This document shows, piece after piece, positions 1 to 12,403 of a DNA stretch of 64,000 nt. The translations under genes and the position numbers were made by a program. Origin of the DNA: Anthoceros angustus (taxonomy: Eukaryota; Plantae; Anthocerotophyta); the NCBI GenBank assembly GCA_010909165.1, contig MU008195.1, forward strand, positions 186,001-250,000. Reading direction: 5' to 3'. The notes beneath the pieces are model-generated. The model was not told the DNA's origin. It saw nothing but the letters and a program-made list of their open reading frames with translations, and did no database searches. Every line of letters starts with the position of its first letter. The stretch's first letter is position 1.

Positions 1-960
1 AACTTGGGGAACAAGGGTGAAGGAAAGAAGAACCCCAGGCGTCCTGACGAGCAAGCTCCAGACCCGCCCCGCCAATCCCTTGGTTTCCTCCTCCTTTGTC
101 GCAAGATTGCTCTATCACCCCTCCTCCCGGTTGCGGGAGCTCTCGACCACCCCTAGGGCGTCTCGCACCACCTCTGTCATCGGACGTCTCCAACCAGCCC
201 AGCGTGGGGATCTCAAGGAGTTATCGATGTGAGGGGCACAACCAAGCCCCTTTATACAATTCTTTTGGGCGTCATAGCCACCGGACTTTCGAGTCCTAAA
301 AGCTTTGAGCCCCACAATTTCGGACGGCCTTAGGTCCAAGATGGCATCCTATCCAAAGTTCTATTCCTAGGATGCCACTCGCCCATGTTATCTCTCCCCT
401 CCGATTTGGTCGCTTTGGCCCTTAGTCCTTCTTTGCTGAATTTATGGGTCCTCCTTCCTCGTTCTTGATGGAAAATCCTCCCATAAACTCTCCTTTGTTT
501 TCCATGATCCCAATCCCTCACCAATCCTCCACCTCGGACCCTCCAATGGTCCATATTTGGCCATTGGGCGTATTTCCTGCAACCTTGGGCGCCATGCTCC
601 TGCAAAACCCTCACGCCCCACTGCCTCGAATTGCTGATAGCTCGCCTCAGAATCTCCAACTTGGTCAGTCCCCCAGGGTTTCTTCCTTCCGATCGCGAGC
701 TCCCGCCACGGGCCCCCCTTTTCGTGCGAGCTCGTGCCACCCTGTGGGGTCGTCTGAGCTACCTGCCGCGCCCTTGCCTTTCAGTTCCCTTAGGGTTATA
801 TTTCCCGGAAACTCTCGATTGGCCCACTACCACTTCTTCTTCGCGACCGCTCCTTCCTTCCACGACCGCCCGAGTTCGCCAACCGTCTTGAAACATAGTC
901 CCGATCGGCGACCACACACGGTTCAACTACCGCCGGTTGGTTCGACCTCTAGCCTTGGAC
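1..960 (-). mobile_element. Degenerate internal (accessory-ORF) region of an LTR retrotransposon, probably Ty3/gypsy-related
   Basis: Broken minus-strand ORFs (e.g. MGEWHPRNRTLDRMP). Short stretches resemble the retroelement internal region at ~47.9-48.4 kb (GAGGGGTGATAGAG vs GAGGGGAAGATAGAG; GAGTGGCATCCTAG vs GAGTGGCACCTAG). No canonical domain recognised. Confidence 0.35.
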
Positions 961-1654
961 CTACGCCAAATATGGGGACCCCCCCATATATAGGCCTTTT
1001 ATTAAATATTCCAAGACCAAAGGCCAAGGAGTATCGAGTTCATAGTCCAAGGACCGATTATTATTTAACCCAGAAACAACCCCAAAACTCATAGGCCAAG
1101 GACACTTTCTACTATAAATATCCCTTCCTCATAACCTAGCTCTTCTTGACACCACTTAACAAAAAACAAAAATCACTCAAAGACCAATCCAACGAGGAGT
1201 TCATACCGGATCGTTTGCAGACCCGCGCGGGGCCTTGCCCGGCGCAGCGCGCGAACCCGCGGGGCAGCGCGGCGCCCGGTGCGCGAACCGCCCGCGGCGC
1301 CAGCGAGCGGGCTCCCAGCGCGCGCGGCGGCTGAGCCGGGCGCGCGGCGCTTCGCCCAGCATAGCCCGTGGAAAGGCGCCGGCGCGGCGCGAGCGCGAGC
1401 CTTGGCGCCCGGCCGTGCGGGGTCGCGTAGTGCCGGGCGGTGGCGTGCGGTAGCGTGTATGTAATAGCGCGGCGGGTAGCACAAAGTCGTGGGGGCCGAA
1501 GGCGGTGCCGGGCGGTGGCGAAGTCGTGAACGATTCGGCGGATTACTCGGGTGGACGATCAGCGGCAAAATACCGCGGGCCGTGGTGTTGCTTTCTTCTT
1601 TGACTTTTCTAACAAAGGCAAGTCGGTGGTTTATACGTATCGATTTTTGAGTCA

Positions 1655-4600
1655 TGATGTCTTCATCATCGAGCGTCATGTTCAATATCGAGAAGTTAGA
1701 TGGTACTAACTTCCGTTGGAAAGAACAAGTGTATAATGTTCTAGTGCGAGCGGATCAAGCCCATAAAGTTGTTAGGCGTCAAACCGGATAGTATGACAGA
1801 TGAGTGGCGGGACTGGATGAGCTTGCTAGATCTACTATCATGCTAACATTGTCAAAAGCAGTGTACTTCAATGTGAAAGATAAGACCACGAGTTACGGTG
1901 GCGGTATGTGACACATGAGGAAAAGCGGCTTCTCGGTGTATTGGTTGAAAGCTGGTGGACTTGAAGATGAAGGAAGGGACGAGGATGTCCGATCATCGAA
2001 TGATTTCAATACCATTTTCAGACTCTCATCTCAAGGTATCACGTTCCAGTTGTGAGGCTATGTTTCATTGGTCACATTACGAGAGTTGGGACACCTTTTT
2101 GACTCGAGTAATTGCCGCTAGTGGTCTTACCATTGTAAATGTAGAAGGTAGCACATTGGCGAGAGGTGAGCAGGAAAACATGGAACCTTCCAAAGGTTCC
2201 GGTGCCCTCATAGTGAGAGGGAGGTCCCTGCGAAGGGAAGCAACCGGACGAGCTTCTCTCGTAGCAAATCGTAGTCGTAACAAGAATGTGGAGTGTCACT
2301 ATTGTCACAAAATCACTTCAAAGAGAGTGCGAAGTTCAAAAGGACCAAGGAAAAGAGAAGACAAGAAGGCGACTTAAATGCATCGAGTTGGAAGAGTTAA
2401 ACTACGTTGAGGACGGAGATGTCCTTATCTCTTCTTACTTGAATCTTGCACAATTAACGTGTGGATAGTCATTTATTACGCAATTGGATAATTGACTCGG
2501 TGCATCTTTTACTCCGCATAGAGTGGTTTAGCACGTATGATGCTACAAGGAAAGGATGTAGGCTTGGAAATAACTATGCATGCGGATCGCGCGTGGTGAT
2601 GTGCAACTCAAGTTTGACAACGGATCTTCATTCATCTTTGAAGGGCGTTAGGCATGTTCGAAGTTGACAAAGAGCATGATTAGCGCGGGGCGGTTGGATG
2701 ATCTTTGGTTACTTCTGGTTTGGGGATCACTCTTGGAAGATCTCCAAAGGTTCTCTTGTGTTAGCTCGTGGATCGAAGTGTGGCACTTTGTACTCACTTG
2801 AGGTAAACATGTCATCATGATCGTATGGCAAATGTTTCCTTGTGGCATTGCGGTTAGGACATATGTCTCGAGAAGGGAATGAAGGTTTTATCTCGTTACG
2901 GTTATATCCTGTTCTTCTCTCGATCTCTCGATGTGTGAGCCTTTGTTTATATGGGAAAGACAAAATCATCACATCGAACAAGAGGTAAAGTAGAGTAAAC
3001 CTCTTGAGTTGGTTCACGTGATGTATGTGGACCTATGCCTCTTTCATCATTAGGCGGTGCCTCTATTTTGTCACTTTCATAGATGATTTCTCGCAAGGTG
3101 TGGGTTTATCCTTTGAGGAAAAAGGATGAAGTTACGGTGTTTGAAATTTGTCACCCTTAGAGAATCGGTCAGCCGATTGAAGTGTCTAAGGGCGGATAAT
3201 GGTGGAAGTATGTTTAGCTTTCGGTACATGATTCCAAGGAATCAAAATTATAGTATACTCCTCCACAAAATGGTGTGGTGCGGATGAGAACCATTCGAGA
3301 GAGGATGCGTAGTTTGTTGTCAAACTCGGATTGCCTAATGGGTTTTGGGCGGCGGTGTCTCTGCAGTTCATCTTATTGAGATCTCCTAATAAGGCATTGA
3401 TGGCGAGTTCGGAGGAGCTATGGCAGAACCATCCTACAAGCATCTGCGAGTGTTTGGGCATGAGGCATCTTGCCATGTTCCAAAAGAGTTTCGGGACAAG
3501 TTGGCACCTAAGTCCAAGAAATGTATTTTTCTTGGCTATGGTGATTCGGTGAGATGGGATACCGTTTGTGGGATCCGAGGCTAGAAAGGTTGTTCGTACT
3601 AACGACGTGTTCTTCAATGAGAACAAGATGCAGGAAGCCTACTCCAAGCTGGAGGTGCGAAGGGTGATCTTCCAAGAAGATGGACATGATCATCATGGGC
3701 GGGTTGATAAGTGGTAATGTGCGGGCACATTCCTCCACCGTAGATGAACCAAGAGTCGAACAAGCACCTATAGAGGTGCACGTGCCGTGGTCGAGGCAGA
3801 TTACACGACCTCACGGCGGTATGATCCATCTCGGATTATGTCATCGACAGTTGTGGGAACCCTCTTCTTACAAAGAGGCCATGTCAACAGTAACAAAGAG
3901 AAGTGGGAGAAGGCCATGCGGCATGAATTAAATGCATAAGAACCAAACTTGGGAGTTGGTTGGTTGCCTAGGATAAGAAGGCACTCTGGTGCAAATGGGT
4001 GTACAAGATGAAGGTCATACCTGATGGCAAACCAAAGTACAAGGCACGATTGGTTGCTAAGGGTTTCAAGCAACAACCGGGCATTGACTTTGATGAGATT
4101 TTCTCACCATGAGTCAAAATGACAACTTTGCGATGTGTTCTTGCTTTGGTTGCGGGATGATATGGAACTTATGCGGATGGATGTCAAGAGGCGGCATTCT
4201 TGCATGGTGACCTTCAAGAGGTCTACATGCAACGAAGAAGGTTTTGTTGAGAAGGGCAAAGAGCATCGGTGTGCGGGTTGAGGAAGAGCCTTTATGGTTT
4301 GAAGCAGGCACCGAGAGTGGTATCACAAGTTCCACTCATTTATGCTTTCTCAAGGCTACAAGCGTAGCGATGAGGATCATTGCCTCTATCTGAAACAAGC
4401 TAAGGATCAAAGCTTGCTCATTTTGATCCTCTATGTGGATGATATGCTAATTCTTTGAGATCTTGATGAGATTTGTTGAAGTCAAAGTTGAATGCTCACT
4501 TTGAAATACAGACTTGGGAGGCGAGCCATATACTTGGCATGCGTATTCGGAGCAGACATAAGCGCTTTGTATTTGTCTCGACGGAATACATTGAGTGTGC

Positions 4601-4964
4601 TTCAACGTTTCAACATGGAAGGGAAGCCATTGGGTACTCCATTGCCTCCATATGTGAAACTTTCAAGCGCGGATTGCCCAAGCTACGAGGAGGACAAAGC
4701 TGAAATGGAGAAGGTCCCATACTCATCATGTAGGGAGTTTGATGTATGCAATGATTGCTACACGTCGACATTGCCTTTGCGGTGGGAGTGGTTAGTTTAT
4801 GTCAAACACGGCAAGAAGCATTGGGAGGCGATAAAAGGAGTTATGAGGTATCCGAATGGTACAAAAGCTTTGTGCATATGTTTTGGTAGTGAAGATGCAT
4901 GTGGTTGGGTACAGATCTGATTATGGGGGATATGGACAAAGGAGGTCCACATCGAGGTTATGTC
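1655..4964 (+). mobile_element. Ty1/copia retrotransposon gag-pol, heavily frameshifted
   Basis: Motifs in copia order across frames: FNIEKLDGTNF (gag start, 1681), ECHYCHK (zinc knuckle), WIIDS (protease), LELVH.DVCGPM / YFVTFIDDFS and DNGG (integrase), [27 protein letters not shown] and LILILYVDDML (RT), KVPYSS and HWEAIKGVMRY (RT-RNase H junction). RNase H breaks off at ~4965 where LTR-like sequence begins. Confidence 0.93.
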
Positions 4965-5255
4965 TTCACGTGTGGCGCGACTTTCGATATGGCCGGTAGC
5001 GCCACAATCCGTGTCGTAGGAAGAAGTCGGTTCCCAAAGGAATGATAGTTCAGCGTGATTCCTTAGCTCGTTCAATCTCAACACACACACTCCTAACTAC
5101 TCTAGCGTTCACCGTCGGGCCGGTATGGCCAAGCGTTTAAGGACCCGTTCGTCGTATCGTTCACATACATCCACACATCGATCCTTTCCTCTCTCCTCTC
5201 GCTACACTCCTCGGTCTTAGAAAAGGCAGCGCGGGTTACTGATCCGGACCTCGTG
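4965..5255 (-). repeat. Partial LTR copy in inverted orientation, inserted in the copia RNase H region
   Basis: Reverse complement of the terminal ~300 bp of the copies ending at ~6445 and 7682 (GGAACGGACTTCTTCCTACAACGACAC, AAACGCTTGGCCATACCGGCC). Confidence 0.8.
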
Positions 5256-5627
5256 TTGTGTCGTTGTAGGTCGAGGATTGGTGATTTTTGAGCAAAGGCA
5301 AGTGGTGTAGTCACGTAAGAGGAGAGTAGAGGGCGCTTTTGTTTAAGAGGCCGAGGTATTGTGTCACCGCAAGTAGCGATTGTTTCCCCAAAACCCGATC
5401 GCTCACACAAGTCTCATGGGACTAAACCTAACGCATTTGCCAGTGGGATAAGTGCCGCCAGAGGGGGGAAGCCTAAGCCCGGGTTTTCCTCCCACATCTA
5501 CTAAAGCTCAAAAGCGAGTGGTGCTCGGTGGCTCCCTTTGTCAGTGTTACACCGCTCTTGGCCTTCATGATCGTGGTCTCATCCTTTCTCACCCGCCACG
5601 AACCGGCATATGGTTATTGGGCTATTT

Positions 5628-5628
5628 N
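5628..5628. other. Single N base, probable assembly join
   Basis: GCTATTT-N-GGGAG; the sequence changes abruptly to the LTR family after it. Confidence 0.75.
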
Positions 5629-6445
5629 GGGAGAGGAGGGGCCCGCTCACGGATCATCCGATTGGGTGCACCACAACCGCCTGACGGGGATTGGACCACC
5701 CATTCCGAGGAGGGGCCTGTGACCTTCCCAAATGCCCCAAGCAAGGAGATAGGGGGGATAGGTAGGCGTCGATTAGGTATACCAGCTGGCTATCACCGTA
5801 ATAGGGGTGTAAAGACGCCACCTGCAGATAAGAGGGGCCGAGGCCGCCTAGTAAAGCATCTTCTCTTGGTGTTGATGCCGCTCTGCACCTTTGTGAGTCT
5901 TCTGCTAACGTGAGTCCCGAGTCACCGAAAGGTGCACGATGCCCGGGAGATTGATCAAGGTCCCGTGATTCGGACTTAACGCTGCTGTGGTGTGTGCAGA
6001 AGGTGATCGGTGATCCGTCGCCCGAGCCGCGTCCGACACCGAACTGACTGAACGCTGTGAGCCGAGGAACTCCGGAGGGTGTGTAGAGCCCGGACGAGAG
6101 GCCCATGAACGATTTGAGGAGGTCCGGATCACAGAATCCGCGGCTTTTTTCTAAGATCAAGAGTGTAGCGTGAGAGGAGAGAGGAAAGGACCGATGCGTG
6201 AAGGATGTATGTGAACGATACGGACGCCGAACGGGTCTCAAACGCTTGGCCATACCGGCCTCAGACGGTGAACGTAGAGTAGTTAGAGTATGTGTGTGTG
6301 AGTTGGGACCGAACGAGCGCATGACTAAGAAGAATCACCGAACGCAGAACGGCCTATCATTCCCTTGGGAACGGACTTCTTCCTACAACGACACTGATTC
6401 AGTACCGCATCAAGAAAAGTCCTGCCACGCCCCGCACCTCACCAT
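5629..6445 (+). repeat. LTR copy, 5'-truncated at the N
   Basis: Direct repeat of 6905-7682 and 50860-51510 (shared CGGATCATCCGATT, TCTCTTGGTGTTGATGCCG, GCTAACGTGAGTC, GAACGATACGGACGC). Confidence 0.8.
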
Positions 6446-6511
6446 GGAAGGAGGGGCCAACGGCGAGTCATCATGCCGGGAACAGCCGGGAAGGACTTGA
6501 GGGAGAGCCAC

Positions 6512-7682
6512 TGAGGAGTCCCGTGAGGGAGGAAACCTGGTGGGCGTGAGTCCGACTTTGTCCGGACTCCGAGGGGAGGCCTGACTCAAGTCCTGACCTC
6601 TAATAAGTCCGGACCTCAAGTCCGGACTCCCAGAATAAGTCCGGACCAAGTCCGCCCTGCAGTCCGGACCGAGGTCCGGACCCCAGACAAGGCCTGGACC
6701 TAGCCGGCCACCTGTGAAATAAGCCGGACTCAAGTTCAAGGGTCGAGACAGACCTCGAGGACCTGATGCTGAGTGAGGAGGAGCCCCTTCGACTTACGCT
6801 TAGGGGAGCAGAAGTGGTGGCCCCACCGCGGCGACCTGTGGAGGGGCCAGGAGGATGACGCGGTAACGGGCGGTGTCGACCGCCGCCCAACCCTCTGATG
6901 ATTCCGGAGAGAGGGGTCCCGCCTCACGGATCATCCGATTAGCACCACAACCGCCGTGACGGGGATTGACCACCCATTCCGGTATGGGCTCAGACCTTCC
7001 CACTCTACCGGGCGAAGGAGATAGGGGAAAATAGGCTGTAGGCCCGATTAGGTATAATCGAGCTATCTGTAATAGGGGTGTAATAAAGACGCCGCCTTGG
7101 GCGCAGATAAGAGGGGCTGAGGTCTAGTAAGAAAGCATCTTTCTCTTGGTGTTGATGCCGTTCTGCACCTTTGTGAGTCTTCTTGCTAACGTGAGTCTCG
7201 AAGTCACGCACGCAATGACCGGGAGATTGATCAAGGTCCCGACTTCTTAACGCTGTTGTGGTGTGTGTGTGGGAAGGGTGATTGTGACCCGTGCCCCGGG
7301 CCGTCCGACTAAACCGAACTGTGAGCCGAGGAACTCCGGAGGGTGTAGAGCCGGATTTGAGGCCCCGGGAACGAATGAGGGGTCCTGCGTAACCAGCGTC
7401 TTTCTAAGATCAAGAGTGTAGCGTGAGGGAGAGGAAAGGAGGATGCGTGAGGATGTATGTGAACGATACGGACGCGAACGGGTCTCAAACGCTTGGCCAT
7501 ACCGGCCTGTCTACGTTGTGGTAGATAGTTAGGAGTATGTGTGTGTGTTGAGACCTAACGAACTGGGGCGGTAGGAATCACCGAACGCTGACGGGCCTAT
7601 CATTCCCTTGGGAACGGACTTCTTCCTACAACGACACGGAGTGTGCGCGCGGTATCAAGAAAAGTCACGCCACACCGTGACA
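6512..7682 (+). repeat. Apparently full-length ~1.17 kb LTR (TG...CA)
   Basis: Starts TGAGG after the purine tract GAGGGAGAG and ends GTGACA, followed by TGG. Contains internal GTCCGGAC repeats. Homologous to 50472-51510. Confidence 0.7.
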
Positions 7683-10600
7683 TGGAGGCACCGGTGGTTT
7701 ACATTTCAATGAAGCTCAGACATCCGGTGATCGTGGGTTTACATGTCTTTTTCCAATAGCGAATCCCACCGAGAAGGCACCGTGTGCAAATGAACCACCC
7801 CCGGCCTTCTCCCACATCCGGGTGCTCTTTCTGGACGTGTCGGGCAAACGTGAATGGCCCGGTTTTGTGGTCACTTGATCGGTACACCTTCCTTGTCCAG
7901 CCATGAAACCGCTCATGTCTTCTTCCATAGACGCTGGGTTTGAAGATACGTCACACAAAAACCACTTGATTTGGAGGACAAAGGCACAAAAGTCTGCCCC
8001 TCGAAAGTCACGTCAGAATCTGTTCAACTGGCGAAAAAGGCAGTTGGTCTTCCATGTCAAAGGTCCCAAAACCCAAGCATCACCTGTGGAGGCGGTGCGG
8101 TCACCGGCTATGGTGCGGTAATGGTACCCCATTGTCTCCAACCCCACATGGCTGACCGCTTACGTGGCCTCAATGGCCCGAATATCGTTGTCTTATTCGA
8201 GATTGCCAGCGCCAGTTCGGACACTTCCAGCCCACTTGAGGAAAGTGGCCGGTCATCCCTCGACATCAAACTCCATTCGAATCCCATCAAAGTTTCCGAA
8301 TGGGCGAAATGCCGCATACGCTTTTGCTCCACAATTTGTTAGGGTTCAGGTTGCGCTTTCCGATGGGACGCCTCGCATCCCGATCTATCGATGTGTCTTG
8401 GAACAAATGAGCCGGATTCCTTGCCGCCGGTAGTCCGCATAAAACATGCTCTCCATTGCCAAGTACCCAGTGGCCATACTTCCTTCGGGCCGGGCTTTCT
8501 GGCGGATTGATTGCTTCAAGACATTCATATGCCGCTCGATAGGGTACATCCATCGAACATGCACCGTGCCGTGCGTGGCAACTTCATCTAGCAGGTGGAT
8601 AAAGAGGTGCTGCATCGGATTCCAAAACACGGAAGGGTAATACCGCTCCAAGGCCACCATTGTATCCACAACCTGAGCCCGCATTGCAGGGATTTCTGTG
8701 GGCTTGATTGCCTTCGACAAATCCATCGGTAGATGGAGCTCGGTATGTGAAGGCTTTGTACTCCGGCCTCTCAAGCGGTGGCGTGGTCAATAGGAAAATA
8801 AAATTGGAGGAGCAAGTGCCGGTCGTGACTCTTGACCTATTTGTTGCCCCAAAGCTGGTTGCAAGGTTGGACCCAAATGCCGTTGGTGGTTTGATCCATA
8901 GCTCCGCTTTCACGGCACTGTAAGTCATTTTTGCTCAATGTGTATGGCCGGGGAGGTGGGCCTCACCGCGTCATCGAAATCAGCCACCACGGCTTGAGGC
9001 CACATTCATAAGGTCAATCCGGCATTGTGGGTGTCCCATTTGCCACTCCATATGTTCCAAAAAGCACAGCGGTTGTTAACTTCCGTGCATCACGTCTTTC
9101 ACAACGGAATAGGCAAGTAGGGCAGCATTTTAAGCCAAGCGCTGACACCCCATGACATTGGTGCTCACCGGTCGCATTTTCCCAAGCATCCATCTCGTCA
9201 ATGATGTCCTGCACGGTTCGGGAAGGGGGTGCCGGCCGCATATCACTTGCATTGTCGAAAAACTCACGGTGGTCATGCCGCCTGCTATCGTGGACGGCAG
9301 GGCACCATCTGCGGTGCCCATCGCAAATGACTTTCTCCAAAGCCCGCGACCATCTAGCTTCCAGAAGCCCCCCGCAGTCCACACAACAACGATAGCCTCT
9401 CACTTGCAAGCCGAAAAGCGCTCCGAGTCCAGGGTAGTCACATGTCGCGTGAAGCACGGCAGCCCTCAGGATGAAAAAGCGACCCGGGTCAGACACGTCT
9501 TTGGAATGATCAGCACATGGGACACCCACCCACAAGGTCGCCAGCTCCTCCAACAAAGGTTGGAGATACACATCCATATTCTTGACTGTTTCGCCGGATG
9601 ATTAAAGGCATAAGAATCACCGCTTTGTCGTGAGCCAAGGAGGAAAATTGTGGATGAAAATGAGAGCGAGGCCGGATGGAGTCGAGGAAGAGCGATGGCT
9701 TGGATTGAAGCCGTCAATAGAGATACCAAGGCGAAGATTTCGGTCTTCCGCATCAAGGCACTATCCAAGGCACCCGAGCGGGTGTCGGCCATTATCCGCA
9801 CTTGACCATCGGTGCTCCTATGGTCCTTTCACCATATTAGTTCACGTGCTGTTGAAGAGCACGCATACATTCGGCGGAGGTGATCCGCTAGCGGGAAATA
9901 AAACATTGTCTTCCGCGAAATAGGTTGCCCAGTGGCACCCTCGCGATATCTGGGCTCGCCGCAAACGTGGCAAGAGGTCTCTAATGCCCTCGTGCCCCAA
10001 AACAAGGAACAGTCTCCAACACGGGCATCAATTAAATGCGCTACCGACGGCGTGTAGCATCATCTTCTGGACATCCGACCTTGCCTTGACATCGTTGGTC
10101 TTTGGCAACACCGACGAAGAAAGGAGGCTGAAGATTGCGGACATGGCAGAGTCGGATATCTTATACTGGTCTTGGATGTTAAGGAATGCTAGGGCAGTGG
10201 ACAATCGACTATGCATGGATTCCTCTGGCCCGGAGACTGACCATAAGGGTTTGGCAGCCTCCTCCTCCAAATTGGATTGTCCCTCCTGCTGAGCACTGGC
10301 TATGAAGTCTTGCATCAACCTGTGCAAGTGCTCCGCCTCGGAACCCGGTACCCGCCCGCCGTCGGGTATGTCTGGCAAAGGTACTTCATCAACGAACTCC
10401 GGGGCCGCAGACGCACAAGCCCCAACCGGAGGGGCTGCGAGGGGCATGGCCCGTACACGGGCCCCAACCCCGCCCGTCGGCTGTGGATGCACATAGGCCT
10501 GGACACCTCGATCTACCTGGATTTCTGACGGGCGCGCCTGAGACAAACAAACAATATTGTCAGTCCGCTCCCTGGATTTGCCTACGCGAAGAGCGCCAAG

Positions 10601-11541
10601 GCGATTGCGCAACCGGGACATACTGCCTCACCTCGGCAGCGGCGCTGAGCGGATGTGGCGGGCTGCGAGGGGCATGGCCCGTGAGCCCCAACCCCGCCCG
10701 TCGGCTGTGGGTGCACATAGGCCTGGACACCTTGATCTACCTGGATTTCTGACGGGCGCGCCTGAGACAAACAAACAATATTGTCAGTCCGCTCCCTGGA
10801 TTTGCCTACGCGAAGAGCGCCAAGGCGATTGCGCAACCGGGACATACTGCCTCACCTCGGCGAGCAGGCGCGCCCATGAACGGATGTGACGGGCTGCGAC
10901 GTTCGCGCGGATGGGGTGTGTGGTTCCTTCGCAACCAGGGCAATTGCAGATGACCCGAGGTATTTGACGGTGGTGTAAGGAGGATCCATAGCACCTCACC
11001 CGATGCCTGGCTATGGCGGAAATGGGTCCAGCGTCTTTGCGAGTAAAAGAGGAGTTGACAGAGAAGGTGGTGAGAGTCCCCGCTCACAACTAAGGTACGC
11101 CCCGGCTGGGAGACGTCGGGTCCTCCGGCGGCCTTTTGTGGATGGGTGTCGTTGGAGGCAACAACGGGACGTTGGGAATGGTGTCAGGGCCATCCTCTCC
11201 CACTAAAGGCACGCCCGCAGTGATCAGAAACATGGTTACTGTTTAGCCTGACAATGGTCAGCCACACTAACCCCGTTGAGCTGACTAGCACTGCGAACGG
11301 GGAAGGCCAACTCCAGAGACAGTTAGACACACAATCAACCCCACCGTGGTATTGGCCGGATGGAATCCAAAGATTAGTAGGAGGCCCAATAGCGGAGGAA
11401 ACACGAGGAATACATCATCATAAACACCCTATGACCGCATGCACAATGTCATTTGCCAATCAATTTTACATTCTTTAATGACAAGTGATGCGTATTAGGC
11501 GCTATTTCGCTTGTCATAAATCGTCCCGTTTTGTAGTAGTG
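7683..11541 (-). mobile_element. CACTA/EnSpm DNA transposon with degenerate transposase; one TIR intact, other end cut by the LTR
   Basis: The minus strand begins CACTACTACAAAACGGG at 11541 (TIR). Transposase motifs: CNCPGC, CHVCGEPRY, MDVYLQPLLEELATLW.GV, CDYPGLGALFG (Transposase_21-like), FWNPMQHLFIHL..EV..HGTVHVRWMYPIER and KARPEGSMATGY (DUF4218-like). Confidence 0.92.
10430..10861. repeat. ~224-bp tandem duplication in the transposase 5' region
   Basis: Two ORFs with the identical start MSRLRNRLGALRVGK at 10621 and 10845, an offset of 224 bp. Confidence 0.9.
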
Positions 11542-12118
11542 CATCCTATTCTGCAGGCTTGCCAAGGTCAGCATCATCCCACAAGCTTCAGTGGTTGCAA
11601 CGGAAGGCACTTGTAAATATCCATCTCCATATGCACGACATTGATGACGAGCTCGGTCTTGCCACGTTGGTTGTCAACTCACAGTTGGCTGCCTCTTCGT
11701 CCAGAGAAGCCCACAAGGAGCCTAGTGGCCGATTCTTTGCGCTCGGCTTGATCGATTCAGGCATGAGCTCTTGATTCTTCTTTACTTATGATAAAGTTTT
11801 TAATCCCATTTTAGCTGAATATTGTTGGTGTTTTATACATGTGAGCTCCTTGGTACGACTATTGGAGATTTAAAATCAAGGTTTAGTGCGTCAAACTACT
11901 TTTCCAAGCTCATTTTGTAGTCTTTATAATAACAAATGATGTATTGTTGGCCTTTCTTTCTAACTTTGCCAAAAGGACCAAATACAAAGGATTCTACTTT
12001 ATTATAAAACTATTTATATTTATATTTTATAGCAAAATCATTTTTCACCCACTGTCCACCCACTCTAATAATGCACGGTTTGGCGGATATACCTATACTG
12101 AAATTTTTCTTAACAGTT

Positions 12119-12262
12119 TCTCATGCAGCTTGTTTCAGCGGAATCCGCCCCGCGAACGGGGCCGCAAACCTTGTTATTGGGAGAGTGTACTCTCATGCAG
12201 CTTGTTTCAGCGGAATCCGCCCAGCGACGGGGCCGCAGACCTTGTTATTGGGAGAGTGTACT
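12119..12262. repeat. ~72-bp tandem duplication downstream of the ARI stop
   Basis: TCTCATGCAGCTTGTTTCAGCGGAATCCGCCC...CCTTGTTATTGGGAGAGTGTACT occurs twice. Confidence 0.9.
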
Positions 12263-12403
12263 GGACATGCCTTACGACAGCATGTCCAGCTTGCAAAATT
12301 CAAGCATCTGTGCTACGATCTAGCCCTCACCAACAGATAAAGAGGTACTCTGCAATTCATCGAATCTTCCTGCACCCACTCCTTAAGCTTGAACTGGTCC
12401 TCC

